A stretch of DNA of 64,000 nt from contig CBDBIB010000003.1 of NCBI GenBank assembly GCA_965205945.1, positions 1 to 64,000 on the forward strand. The letters run 5' to 3'. Shown here piece after piece: positions 30,322 to 43,340 of this stretch. The position numbers and the translations under genes are program-made. Under the pieces are notes generated by a model. That model was not told the origin of the DNA and ran no database searches. It was given only the letters and a program-made list of their open reading frames with translations. Numbering within the stretch: position 1 is the stretch's first letter; every line of letters starts with the position of its first letter. The stretch comes from Bdellovibrionales bacterium. Its GTDB lineage: Bacteria; Bdellovibrionota; Bdellovibrionia; Bdellovibrionales; UBA1609.

Positions 30322-31688
30322 TGATTAATGACTTAAAATACAATAATGAGATTTTTAGAGAATACGATATTCGAGGAAAGTATAAAATTGATTTTGATGA
30401 TTCTTTTGCATATGCTCTTGGTAAGGGCTTCATACAATTTTGTAAAGATGAAACTCACAACACTAATATTAAAGTAGCCCTAGGAAGAGATATTCGCCAT
30501 TCAAGCCTTTCTCTTTTAAACGCTATGGCTAAAGGTATGAGCGATGCTGGAGCTTTTGTTTTAGATTTAAATGTAATCACATCTCCTGTTTGTTATTTTT
30601 CATGTTTCCACATTAAAGATCTAACAGGTTCTATTATGATTACTGGTAGCCATAACCCTCCTGAATATAATGGATTTAAAGTTTCTTTAAAGAAAAACAC
30701 TTTGACTTCTGAAAAAATAAAATCATTAGAACAATATGTTGTAAGAACAGACAACTCAATCTTAAAAGGTTTAATTAAACCTTATGATATTATCACTCCT
30801 TATATTACAAGAATTTCAAAAGAGTTTAGTTTAAAAGATATCCCTTTCGTTGTAGACTGTGGAAATGGTGCTGCCGGTTCAGTTGCTCGCATGGCTTATA
30901 AAGCTGCAGGCCTTAATCCAAAAATTCTTTTTGAAAAACCTGATGGGAATTTTCCAAATCATCATCCAGATCCAACTTTAGAAGAAAACTTAGTTGATTT
31001 AAAAAAAGCTGTTCTTTCCTCAAAATCTTTTTTTGGCGTAGGGTATGATGGTGACGCAGATCGAATTGTTGTTATAACAGAGACTGGAAAAACTGTTTAT
31101 ACTGATAAACTTATGTCTATTTATGCTAAATACATTCTTAAAGATCACCCTGGAGCTAAAATTGTTGCTGATGTTAAGTGTTCTCAAGAGTATTTTAAAC
31201 TTTTATCAAAATGGGGTGGAAAACCCATTATGTGGATGACCGGACACTCTTTAATCAAACAAAAAATAAAAGAATTAAAATCTCCATTTGGAGGTGAATT
31301 TAGTGGTCATATTTTTTTTGCAGATCGCTTTTATGGTTTTGATGATGCTATTTATTGCAGCCTTCGTTTAATTCAAATCCTAGAAAATTCTGGCTCTACT
31401 ATTTCAAAACTTTTATCAGAATTTCCCACTACTTTTTCTACACCTGAACTTCGCATTGAAGTCGGAGAAAAGAAAAAATATGAACTTGTTAAAAAATATA
31501 AAAATCAGATTAAAAACAAATGTGTATCTTTAAATGAAATTGATGGTGTTCGAGCTAACTTTGAAAATGGATGGGCTTTAGTACGGGTTTCTAATACTCA
31601 ACCTGCTATAACTCTTCGTTTCGAATCACAATCTAAACAAAATTTAGAAGAGATAAAAAACCAAGCTTTTTACATATTAGGCCTTTAA
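30318..31688 (+). CDS. Phosphomannomutase/phosphoglucomutase
   Basis: IFREYDIRG, TGSHNP, DGDADR, GEFSGH and RVSNT. Confidence 0.93.
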   Translation: MMINDLKYNNEIFREYDIRGKYKIDFDDSFAYALGKGFIQFCKDETHNTNIKVALGRDIRHSSLSLLNAMAKGMSDAGAFVLDLNVITSPVCYFSCFHIKDLTGSIMITGSHNPPEYNGFKVSLKKNTLTSEKIKSLEQYVVRTDNSILKGLIKPYDIITPYITRISKEFSLKDIPFVVDCGNGAAGSVARMAYKAAGLNPKILFEKPDGNFPNHHPDPTLEENLVDLKKAVLSSKSFFGVGYDGDADRIVVITETGKTVYTDKLMSIYAKYILKDHPGAKIVADVKCSQEYFKLLSKWGGKPIMWMTGHSLIKQKIKELKSPFGGEFSGHIFFADRFYGFDDAIYCSLRLIQILENSGSTISKLLSEFPTTFSTPELRIEVGEKKKYELVKKYKNQIKNKCVSLNEIDGVRANFENGWALVRVSNTQPAITLRFESQSKQNLEEIKNQAFYILGL

Positions 31689-31826
31689 TCCGTATTTTCG
31701 CCTTAAAAAATTTTTAAGCACTTCATTTCTTTATTTTCCTAAACTTATAAAATCAAATCTTTGTTACTAAGCATCCATCCTATGCCCCATAGTTTTAACT
31801 ATTAAATTTGTATAAATAAATTACAA

Positions 31827-32180
31827 GCATATGCACATAGCTACACTTAGCGTTTTCTAGCCGTTATTTCCTTGTAGAGAGTGGGAGCTACACAGCATTA
31901 AGTTTTCTATAACTCTTTGGAATAAAAGACCTCTCACATTAGATGTTCTCCTGTTAAACCTAAAAATAAACTCCTTAAAATAACTATCCATGTGTTTTAA
32001 GTCCAGTCTTCCATGAAGCGTACCCATCAACCATCTTTTTAAAAATGCTGTTATAGTATTTATTCTCGGCAACAATTCATCAGGATCTACACTCGCTGAT
32101 TTTCTTGGCAAATGTTTGTATCCTAAACTTCCAACATCATTATAACTTTTCCAGCCATTAGTACATATTAGACCTTTAGT
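31827..32180 (-). pseudogene. IS1595-family transposase C-terminal remnant
   Basis: CTNGWKSY (normally TDG..SY), LLPRI, LKRWLMGTLHG and YFKEFIFRFNRR; N-terminal part absent; possible terminal repeat remnant at 31827-31846. Confidence 0.8.
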
Positions 32181-32257
32181 CCATATTTTCACCTTAAACA
32201 AATAAATCTTTTTATTAAGCAACTATTTTAAGGTTTTTCTTCCGACATAAACTCTTA

Positions 32258-33793
32258 ATGGCTTATTTCATATTTATTTTATCTTTTTTCATATTCTCAA
32301 CCACTTATGCCTCTTGTTTAGAAAAAAACATAATCAAAAATCAATTTCTAGTTGTGACCCCTGAGGATCTATCCACAAGCTTTTCCATAAAAACAGGTTT
32401 ACCTAAACCCTTTTTAAAAAAAATTTCAAGTTCAAAAAAAATATCAGTTCCTTTAAAAACTAACACTCAAAAAATACTTAACACATACTTAACAAATTCA
32501 AATTCTCTTTCTAAAATTCAAAAGATTTTCCCCACTGCTAAAATCCAAAACGATTGCAAAGTTAGTTTTTTAAGAACAGTTCCAAACTCAGACCCTTTTT
32601 TAAGTTTTCAAAATTGGTATTTTAATAGTTTAAATCAAAACCCTTCTTCTATTTTAATTCCTTTAAGAGATATTGTTGTCGCTGTTTCTGATACTGGAGT
32701 AGATATTGATCATATTGATCTTAAAAAAAACCTATGGACAAACTCTGCTGAATTAAATGGTTTTCCAAATATTGATGATGATCATAATGGGTATATTGAT
32801 GATATTTATGGTTATGATTTTGGTGACAATGATTCAAACCCTAAACCCACAACCAAAGACTCTTTTATTGATTATGATCATGGGACACATGTTGCAGGAC
32901 TTATTGCTGCAAGGTCTTTTAATAATGAGGGTGTTTCTAGTATTTCTTTAAATTCTATAAAAATTATGTCCTTAAAAGGTTTTAAATCCAATGCACCCTC
33001 AAGTATTTCTGACCTACTTAAAACTATCTATTATGCTGTTGATAATGGAGCTAATATTATAAACGCTAGCTGGGGTACAGAGAAACTTCCTGAGGCAGCA
33101 GAAATTGCTGCAGTAAACTATGCTACACAAAATGGTGTTGTCATCGTGGCCTCTGCTGGAAATGATCGCATTCCTGCTTCATGGTTTACTCCTGGAGCAA
33201 TTAAGAGTGTTGTTACTGTGGCCTCAGTAAATTCATCAAATCAACTTTCTACTTTTTCAAACTACGGCTCTTCCATTGATTTTATTTCCCCTGGAGGAGA
33301 TGGTCCTGAACGCTCTTCAGAATCTTTATTAAGCCTTGGTTTAGGATCTAGCTATCTTCAGCTTAAAGGTACTAGTATGGCTGCACCACTTATAGCTGGT
33401 CTTATAGGTAGTCTCATGTCTCAAAGTAAGTCTTTAACAGCATTTCAAGCTCTTCATGTTCTAAAAGAATCTGGTGATAACTTTATCTTACAACCATATC
33501 TACAAAACAACGATTCTAGATTATATACTAAACCTAATTTTTTAAAAGCTCTTCATTATTTAGACAAAAATAAAGATCTACCTAATATTAAAATCCCACT
33601 TGATGAAGTAAAAAACTATACATATTCAAAAAACTTTACAAACTCTTTAAAAAGTAATGGAGGATGCTCAAACTCCCTTTTAAAACAACCTTATACTAAA
33701 GATTCTTATTTAAAAAGTCAGGTGTCTTTTTTAAATCTTTTATTTTTCTTATTACCTTTTTTAACTATTTTAGGAATAAAAAATATATTTTAA
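32258..33793 (+). CDS. Secreted S8 subtilisin-like serine protease with C-terminal membrane anchor
   Basis: Signal peptide; VAVSDTGVD, HGTHVAG, ASAGN and GTSMAAP; C-terminal GGC plus hydrophobic tail. Confidence 0.92.
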   Translation: MAYFIFILSFFIFSTTYASCLEKNIIKNQFLVVTPEDLSTSFSIKTGLPKPFLKKISSSKKISVPLKTNTQKILNTYLTNSNSLSKIQKIFPTAKIQNDCKVSFLRTVPNSDPFLSFQNWYFNSLNQNPSSILIPLRDIVVAVSDTGVDIDHIDLKKNLWTNSAELNGFPNIDDDHNGYIDDIYGYDFGDNDSNPKPTTKDSFIDYDHGTHVAGLIAARSFNNEGVSSISLNSIKIMSLKGFKSNAPSSISDLLKTIYYAVDNGANIINASWGTEKLPEAAEIAAVNYATQNGVVIVASAGNDRIPASWFTPGAIKSVVTVASVNSSNQLSTFSNYGSSIDFISPGGDGPERSSESLLSLGLGSSYLQLKGTSMAAPLIAGLIGSLMSQSKSLTAFQALHVLKESGDNFILQPYLQNNDSRLYTKPNFLKALHYLDKNKDLPNIKIPLDEVKNYTYSKNFTNSLKSNGGCSNSLLKQPYTKDSYLKSQVSFLNLLFFLLPFLTILGIKNIF

Positions 33794-33815
33794 AAGCTTT
33801 TTTTCTAATCTAGAA

Positions 33816-34127
33816 TTAACCTAAAATTTTAAAAGACACTACAAGCATATAAATAACTAATGATTCAATAAGAACTAAACCAATAATCATTGATACAAAC
33901 ATTTTTTCTTGAGCATTTGGATTTCTTGCAATTCCTTCCATTGCTGCTGCACAAATTTTACCTTGTGCTAATGCTCCACCAATTACTGCTAGGCCTAAAC
34001 CTAAACCAGCAGCAAGCGCTCCAAGTCCAGATCCGCTAGTTGCTACTTCAGCACTTTCTGCAAAAGCCCACACGCTCGGCAATAAAACTACAGACATAGC
34101 TCCTAAAGTTTTTAATATTCCTCTCAT
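33816..34127 (-). CDS. atpE: ATP synthase F0 subunit c
   Basis: [20 protein letters not shown] and IESLVIY. Confidence 0.95.
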   Translation of the reverse strand: MRGILKTLGAMSVVLLPSVWAFAESAEVATSGSGLGALAAGLGLGLAVIGGALAQGKICAAAMEGIARNPNAQEKMFVSMIIGLVLIESLVIYMLVVSFKILG

Positions 34128-34173
34128 CTTTATTCTCCTTTTTACTTATATTAACTAAAGACTTTATTAAATT

Positions 34174-34863
34174 TTAATGATCATGGGCAACCGACATAGA
34201 TACATAAATCATGGAAAGCATTGTAAACACAAATGCCTGCATAAAACACACAAAAAAACCTAGTAAATAAAATATTACCGCGCCTGGAACAGGAAGCAGT
34301 TCTGTAAAAATACCTAAAACCATATGATCACCAAGCATATTACCTTGAAGTCTTAAACCTAAACTTACAGGACGCACAACATGAGATATAATTTCAATAG
34401 GCAGCATCAATGGTGCGAGCCAAAGTACCGGACCTAAAAAATGCTTTAAATAAGAAACGCCATGCTCCATAAATCCAAAGATATTATAAACTAAAAAACT
34501 AAAAATTCCGATTGCAACACCTGTATTAATATTTTCAGTTGCAGGAGTCATTCCTGGAGCTAGGCCTATAAGATTGTTAAAAAATAAGAAAAAAAATAAC
34601 GACGCAAATAAGGGTGTCATTTTATATCCCTCATCTCCCATCACTGATGCGCCTAAATTTCTAATAAATTCAACAAGTTGTTCAAATATTCCACGAATAG
34701 AGATTCTTCCTGCCGGAACAATCGCTGCTTCTCCACTTCCTAAAGCTATGCGTCCAATAAGACTAAAAGCTATTATTGTCCCTGTAGCAACCACAGCTGT
34801 TGCCACATGAGAATTATCCTGTGTAACTCCCGGTAATAATTCTGTCCAATTAAAGTTTGCCAT
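34174..34863 (-). CDS. atpB: ATP synthase F0 subunit a
   Basis: NNLIGL, RPVSLGLRLQGNM and QAFVFTMLS. Confidence 0.95.
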   Translation of the reverse strand: MANFNWTELLPGVTQDNSHVATAVVATGTIIAFSLIGRIALGSGEAAIVPAGRISIRGIFEQLVEFIRNLGASVMGDEGYKMTPLFASLFFFLFFNNLIGLAPGMTPATENINTGVAIGIFSFLVYNIFGFMEHGVSYLKHFLGPVLWLAPLMLPIEIISHVVRPVSLGLRLQGNMLGDHMVLGIFTELLPVPGAVIFYLLGFFVCFMQAFVFTMLSMIYVSMSVAHDH

Positions 34864-35143
34864 CCTCTATTTTCTCACTACCTTTACTTAAAAACTTATA
34901 GCAATAATACACAACCATTACCACCAAACCCATTAAAAACCCTATAAAAAAATTCACGCCGTCTGATCTATATTTATCTATAAAAATAAACAGTATAAAA
35001 ACTATTAATAATTCACTTATTACAATAGTGGTGAGTAAGAAGGCAACCTGTTTTTTCTTAGAAGAAAAAAGAATAAAAATTAATACTCTCTTTGCTATTA
35101 AAAGGAGTAAAAAAACTAGTATTCCTGCAATAAAATTATACAT
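34850..35143 (-). CDS. Small membrane protein, probable AtpI-like
   Basis: Three hydrophobic segments; overlaps the atpB start. Confidence 0.55.
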   Translation of the reverse strand: MYNFIAGILVFLLLLIAKRVLIFILFSSKKKQVAFLLTTIVISELLIVFILFIFIDKYRSDGVNFFIGFLMGLVVMVVYYCYKFLSKGSEKIEDGKL

Positions 35144-35947
35144 TTATCTTTTCAATCTACCTTTTCCACCAGGCTGTTGTGCAAACCTTTTTGTCAACTC
35201 CTCAATTCTCCACTCTAAAAGAGGATCCTTATCGTTTCTTTCCTTAGCATGAAGCACAAGCTGTTCTATGGCTTCTTTATATTTTTTTTGTTCCTCTAAA
35301 ATTAATGCTAACTGCATTCTAATTCTCCATTTTTTTGATAAATTTGGGTATGTGTTTAAAATCTGCTTATACTCTTTTTCAGCAAGTTCGATCTTTTTAA
35401 AATTTGTATTTGTTCTAGCTTTTAAGATTTTAATTCTAAATCTTTGGGAAGGAGATAAATCCTTTCTACTTAAAAAGCTTTTAACTTCAATTAACGCTTG
35501 TTCATATTTTTCACGATTAATATTAGCTATTAAAATTAATTTAATATATTGATCTCTTTGATTTTCATTTAACAAGTCTACGTTAATTCTTTCTAAATAA
35601 TCTAAAGCTTGAATATTATTTTTATAGTTTTGAATTAAAAGTTTAGACAACATTAAACGAATTTGATTCCGTTCCTGTTCGGTTTCAACATAAATAAGTT
35701 TCTTTTGTAAAATTGATTTGTAATAAGCAGCTTTTTTAACTTTTTTCTTTATAATTTCTTCAATTGCTAAAATATATTTTAATTTTTCTTTTAAAGAAAC
35801 TTCATTATTTAGTGCGTTGTCTAAGATTTGAAGAGCTTTTTTTGAATTTGTTTTAGATAAGCTTTGTGCAGATTTAATAGTTCGACTACTCTTATTTGAA
35901 CAGCTGATTAGAATAAATAAAAAAAGAAAACTTATTATTTTGAAGAT
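35144..35947 (-). CDS. TPR-like lipoprotein (start non-canonical or uncertain)
   Basis: Frame is open from 35953 to 35144, with a lipoprotein signal (KRIFKIISFLFLFILISC) upstream of the ATG at 35653; TPR-like helices (YEQAL, LAEKEY, YKEAIEQL). Confidence 0.65.
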   Translation of the reverse strand: MFKIISFLFLFILISCSNKSSRTIKSAQSLSKTNSKKALQILDNALNNEVSLKEKLKYILAIEEIIKKKVKKAAYYKSILQKKLIYVETEQERNQIRLMLSKLLIQNYKNNIQALDYLERINVDLLNENQRDQYIKLILIANINREKYEQALIEVKSFLSRKDLSPSQRFRIKILKARTNTNFKKIELAEKEYKQILNTYPNLSKKWRIRMQLALILEEQKKYKEAIEQLVLHAKERNDKDPLLEWRIEELTKRFAQQPGGKGRLKR

Positions 35948-35953
35948 ACGTTT

Positions 35954-38422
35954 TTACTCCTCTTCAGGTAATATAGTCATTCCTGTTACAGATTCTCCTA
36001 AATTTAAGTTAATAATTTTTAAGCCTTGAGTTGAGCGTCCATAAATTGAAATATCTGAAGCTTTCACTCTAATAGCCTGGCCTTTATTGGTTGTTATAAC
36101 TACTTGGTCTGTATTTTGAACCATTGTTGCTTTAACAACTCTTCCAACTTTGTCTGTTATTTTTTGAGTAATAAGACCCACTCCTCCTCTAGATTGCACC
36201 CTATAATCTTTTAATGAAGTTCTTTTCCCAAAACCATTTTCAGTAATGATTAGCATATTTAAATCTTTATCATCAGTTGATACAATAGCAGCACCCACTA
36301 CCTGATCACCTTTAAAAAGACTAATCCCTTTCACACCACGAGCTGTTCGCCCCATAGATCTAATTTGTTTTTCATCAAATCTAATAGACATTCCATTTTT
36401 AGTAATTAAGAAAACATCGTCCTCACCTGTGGTCAGACAAACATTTACTAAAGAATCTTCTTTATCTGTATTTGCAGCAATTAAGCCACTTAATCTTGGT
36501 TTTGAAAAATTCTTTAAATTTGTTCTTTTAACAATTCCATTTTTAGTAACAAATAAAATCTCACCTTTTTGATTAGCAAAATCTGTAATTGCCATAATCG
36601 TAGTAACTTGTTCTTCATTTGAAAGTTGAACAATATTTTTAATAGATTTACCTTTACTGGTTCTTGATCCTTTTGGAAGACTATGTACTCGTGACCAATA
36701 AACTTTTCCTCTATCAGAGAAAACTAAAAGCGTTGAAAGTGTTCCTGTATGAACAATATCTATAATAAAATCTTCCTCTACTGCTCCAGCCCCCTTAACT
36801 CCTTTTCCTCCACGTTTTTGAACTCTATATTCATCAATCCCTATTCTCTTTATTTTATCTGAAGCTGTAAGAGTTACTAAAACCTCTTCGTTTGACACAA
36901 GATCTTCAAATTCAAAATTACCTTGAACATCTTCAATTTCAGTTCTTCTCTTGTTACCATATTTTTCTTTAACAAAAGTAAGTTCTTTAGATATAATGTT
37001 TAAAACTTCTTGAATATCAGACAAAATTTCCTTTAATCGCTTAATTGTTTTTTTAACTTCAGCAAGCTCCTTATTAATTTTATCTTTTTCTAAGCCTGTA
37101 AGTCTTTGAAGTCTCATTTCTAAAATTGCTTGTGCCTGTCTTTTAGAAAATAAGAATTTCCCAATTAACCCTACTAAGGCATCACTTGCTTCTTGAGACC
37201 CTCTAATGATTTTAATCACTTCATCAATATGATCTAAAGCCTTACTTAAACCAAATAAAATGTGCTCCCTATCTTCAGCTTTCTTTAAATTAAAAAGACA
37301 ACGTCTAATAATAACATTTTTCCTATGTTCAATAAACGATGTTAATATTTCTTTTATATTAAAAAGATTTGGTTTACTTTTACTATCTAAAGCCAAAAGA
37401 CTAATTCCAAAATTTACTTGTAATTGAGTCATTTTAAAAAGCTGATTTAATAAAACCTGTCCATTGGTATCTCGTTTTGTTTTTATAACAATTCGAATCC
37501 CTTCTCTGCTTGACTCATCTTTAATATCAGCAATTCCTTCGATTCTTTTATCGCGAACAAGTTGAGCGATGTTTTCAATAAGTCTTGCTTTATTTACTTG
37601 ATAAGGAAGCTGTGTAACTATTATTTCAGATCTATCTTTTTTAACATCCTCAATAATTTCAGTAACAGATTTAATTTTTATACTTCCTTTACCCGTCGTA
37701 TACGCACTGATAATTCCTGCTCGTCCTGTGATTACAGCACCTGTTGGAAAATCTGGCCCTGGAATATACTGAATTAAATCATTTATTAAAGCCTCCGGGT
37801 TTTTAATCAAATATAAACATCCGTTAATAACCTCTATTAAATTATGAGGTGGTATATTTGTTGCCATACCAACTGCAATACCAGAACTTCCATTAATCAA
37901 AAGATTTGGAAATTTTGCAGGAAGAATTAAAGGGATTCTTAATGAATCATCATAGTTTGGTCCAAAATCTACTGTATCCTTACTAATATCTTCTAAAAGA
38001 GCTTCTGCAAGTTTTGTCATTCGAACTTCTGTATATCTTTGTGCTGCAGGACTATCACCATCAATGGAACCAAAGTTTCCTTGTCCATCAACTAAGGGTT
38101 CTCTTAAAGAAAACTCCTGAGCCATTCTTACCATAGAGTCATAAACAGCCGTATCACCATGTGGATGATATTTACCAATAACATCACCAACTATTCTGGC
38201 TGATTTTTTATATGGTTTATCATGGGTATTATTTAAATCATTCATAGCATAAAGTATTCTTCTATGAACTGGTTTTAAGCCATCTCTAACATCAGGAAGT
38301 GCTCTTCCAACAATTACACTCATTGAATATTGAAGATAAGCCTCCCGCATTTCAATATTAATATCAATTTGTGAAACATCTTTTTCTTTATTTATATTAT
38401 CTATTCCTTCATTATTTCCCAT
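35954..38422 (-). CDS. gyrA: DNA gyrase subunit A
   Basis: [28 protein letters not shown] and GyrA-box QKRGGKG; start taken at ATG 38422. Confidence 0.98.
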   Translation of the reverse strand: MGNNEGIDNINKEKDVSQIDINIEMREAYLQYSMSVIVGRALPDVRDGLKPVHRRILYAMNDLNNTHDKPYKKSARIVGDVIGKYHPHGDTAVYDSMVRMAQEFSLREPLVDGQGNFGSIDGDSPAAQRYTEVRMTKLAEALLEDISKDTVDFGPNYDDSLRIPLILPAKFPNLLINGSSGIAVGMATNIPPHNLIEVINGCLYLIKNPEALINDLIQYIPGPDFPTGAVITGRAGIISAYTTGKGSIKIKSVTEIIEDVKKDRSEIIVTQLPYQVNKARLIENIAQLVRDKRIEGIADIKDESSREGIRIVIKTKRDTNGQVLLNQLFKMTQLQVNFGISLLALDSKSKPNLFNIKEILTSFIEHRKNVIIRRCLFNLKKAEDREHILFGLSKALDHIDEVIKIIRGSQEASDALVGLIGKFLFSKRQAQAILEMRLQRLTGLEKDKINKELAEVKKTIKRLKEILSDIQEVLNIISKELTFVKEKYGNKRRTEIEDVQGNFEFEDLVSNEEVLVTLTASDKIKRIGIDEYRVQKRGGKGVKGAGAVEEDFIIDIVHTGTLSTLLVFSDRGKVYWSRVHSLPKGSRTSKGKSIKNIVQLSNEEQVTTIMAITDFANQKGEILFVTKNGIVKRTNLKNFSKPRLSGLIAANTDKEDSLVNVCLTTGEDDVFLITKNGMSIRFDEKQIRSMGRTARGVKGISLFKGDQVVGAAIVSTDDKDLNMLIITENGFGKRTSLKDYRVQSRGGVGLITQKITDKVGRVVKATMVQNTDQVVITTNKGQAIRVKASDISIYGRSTQGLKIINLNLGESVTGMTILPEEE

Positions 38423-38423
38423 A

Positions 38424-41967
<3,544 letters not shown>

Positions 41968-41983
41968 ACTTTTTTCCGCTATT

Positions 41984-43108
41984 TTAAATTCTCATTGGCA
42001 TCACAACACACTGATATTTTTCATCACCCTTTGGCCTTAATAGTACTGGTGAATTTTTATCTTTAAAAGACATCTTTACTTCATTTTCTCTAATTGAAGT
42101 TAACACTTCTAAAATATATCTAGAATTAAAACCTATTTTTAAATTCTCTTTATTATAACTAACTTGAATTTCTTCTTTAGCTTCTCCAAGGTCTGGAGAA
42201 TTAGAGAAAATTTTAACAGCTCCACTAGAAAAAGAAAATACAACACCTTTTGATTTTTGATTAGATGCTAAAGAAACTCTTTTTAAACTAGATATTAGTT
42301 TGTTTTTATCAATTATAGCATGAATATTTAAATTTTTTGGAAGCAACTGCTTATAATTTGGATATTTACCTTCAATTAACCTAATCATTAAAAATGTATT
42401 TAAAGATTTTACTATTAATTGAGCACCATCAACTGTTATTCCCATAATTTCATTAGAATCTAAGGAATCAACTATTTTTTTAATTTCATTAAGGCCTTTA
42501 CGAGGTATTATAATTCCCTCTTTAAATACTCCTGACGATGTGATAGTTAGATTTTTATCGACTAAACTAAGTCTATGTCCATCTGTAGCTACCATCCTTA
42601 TGTTTAAGCTGTCAGAGCCTTCTTTGGATTCAAATAAAACGCCATTTAAATGATAGCGAGATTCATCTGTTGATACTGAGTAAATTGTTTTCTCAATCAT
42701 TTCTTTAATAGTACTTGATAAAAAATTTGTAAATTGACTAGTTTCTGGGCTTGGGAATATAGGGTATACGTCAGGACTTATTCCATTTATATTAAAATAT
42801 GATTTTTCTTGTTCTATAACTAATGAATTGTTTTCAAGTTTTTTAAAATGTATTTCTCCATCTGGAAATTCTTTTAAAATATTAAATAAATTTTTTGCAT
42901 TAACAACAACTTGTCCATCTTTTAAACAGTTAACTTTACAAGTAGATTTAATACTTACCTCTAGATCAGTAGCATATAAGGTTAGTATATCATTACTTAC
43001 TGAAAGAAGAACATTTGTAAGAACAGGCATTGTATTTCTTTTCTCAACAATGTTTTGAACCATAGAGATAAGTTTAAATATCTCTGCTTTTAAAACAATT
43101 ATTTTCAT
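41984..43108 (-). CDS. dnaN: DNA polymerase III beta clamp
   Basis: ATDLE, VATDGHRL, LIEGKYPNY and VVMPMRI. Confidence 0.97.
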   Translation of the reverse strand: MKIIVLKAEIFKLISMVQNIVEKRNTMPVLTNVLLSVSNDILTLYATDLEVSIKSTCKVNCLKDGQVVVNAKNLFNILKEFPDGEIHFKKLENNSLVIEQEKSYFNINGISPDVYPIFPSPETSQFTNFLSSTIKEMIEKTIYSVSTDESRYHLNGVLFESKEGSDSLNIRMVATDGHRLSLVDKNLTITSSGVFKEGIIIPRKGLNEIKKIVDSLDSNEIMGITVDGAQLIVKSLNTFLMIRLIEGKYPNYKQLLPKNLNIHAIIDKNKLISSLKRVSLASNQKSKGVVFSFSSGAVKIFSNSPDLGEAKEEIQVSYNKENLKIGFNSRYILEVLTSIRENEVKMSFKDKNSPVLLRPKGDEKYQCVVMPMRI

Positions 43109-43340
43109 TTTTATATTTCTCCAATTTTTCTGTTTTTAAAACACTATAACTATATATATTAAAGTAGTAGTAGTAGTAGTACCTGTGGATTGTGGATTAT
43201 TTTTCTATCTCCTTAAAATTATTTTCTTTTTTACTTTTTTTTAGTGTTGAAAAAAAAATCATAAAGTTCGCTTTTTCCACAAATTTTATAATCCACATTT
43301 AAATCCCCAGGAAGTTTCATTTTTTTTCCACAAGGGATAT
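43109..43340. other. Chromosomal replication origin oriC (dnaA-dnaN intergenic)
   Basis: AT-rich run 43146-43163, TAG x5 DnaA-trios 43165-43179, DnaA boxes at 43184-43192, 43191-43199, 43273-43281, 43289-43297 and 43324-43332; + strand changes from C-rich to G-rich here (by eye). Confidence 0.88.

Noticed and set aside
38140..38170. GyrA QRDR has Thr (HPHGDTAVY) rather than Ser
   Set aside because: Thr at this position is a natural wild-type state in several genera; not evidence of acquired resistance.
43164..43181. (TAG)n run as a microsatellite or phase-variation tract
   Set aside because: Position between DnaA boxes and the AT-rich run identifies it as DnaA-trios.
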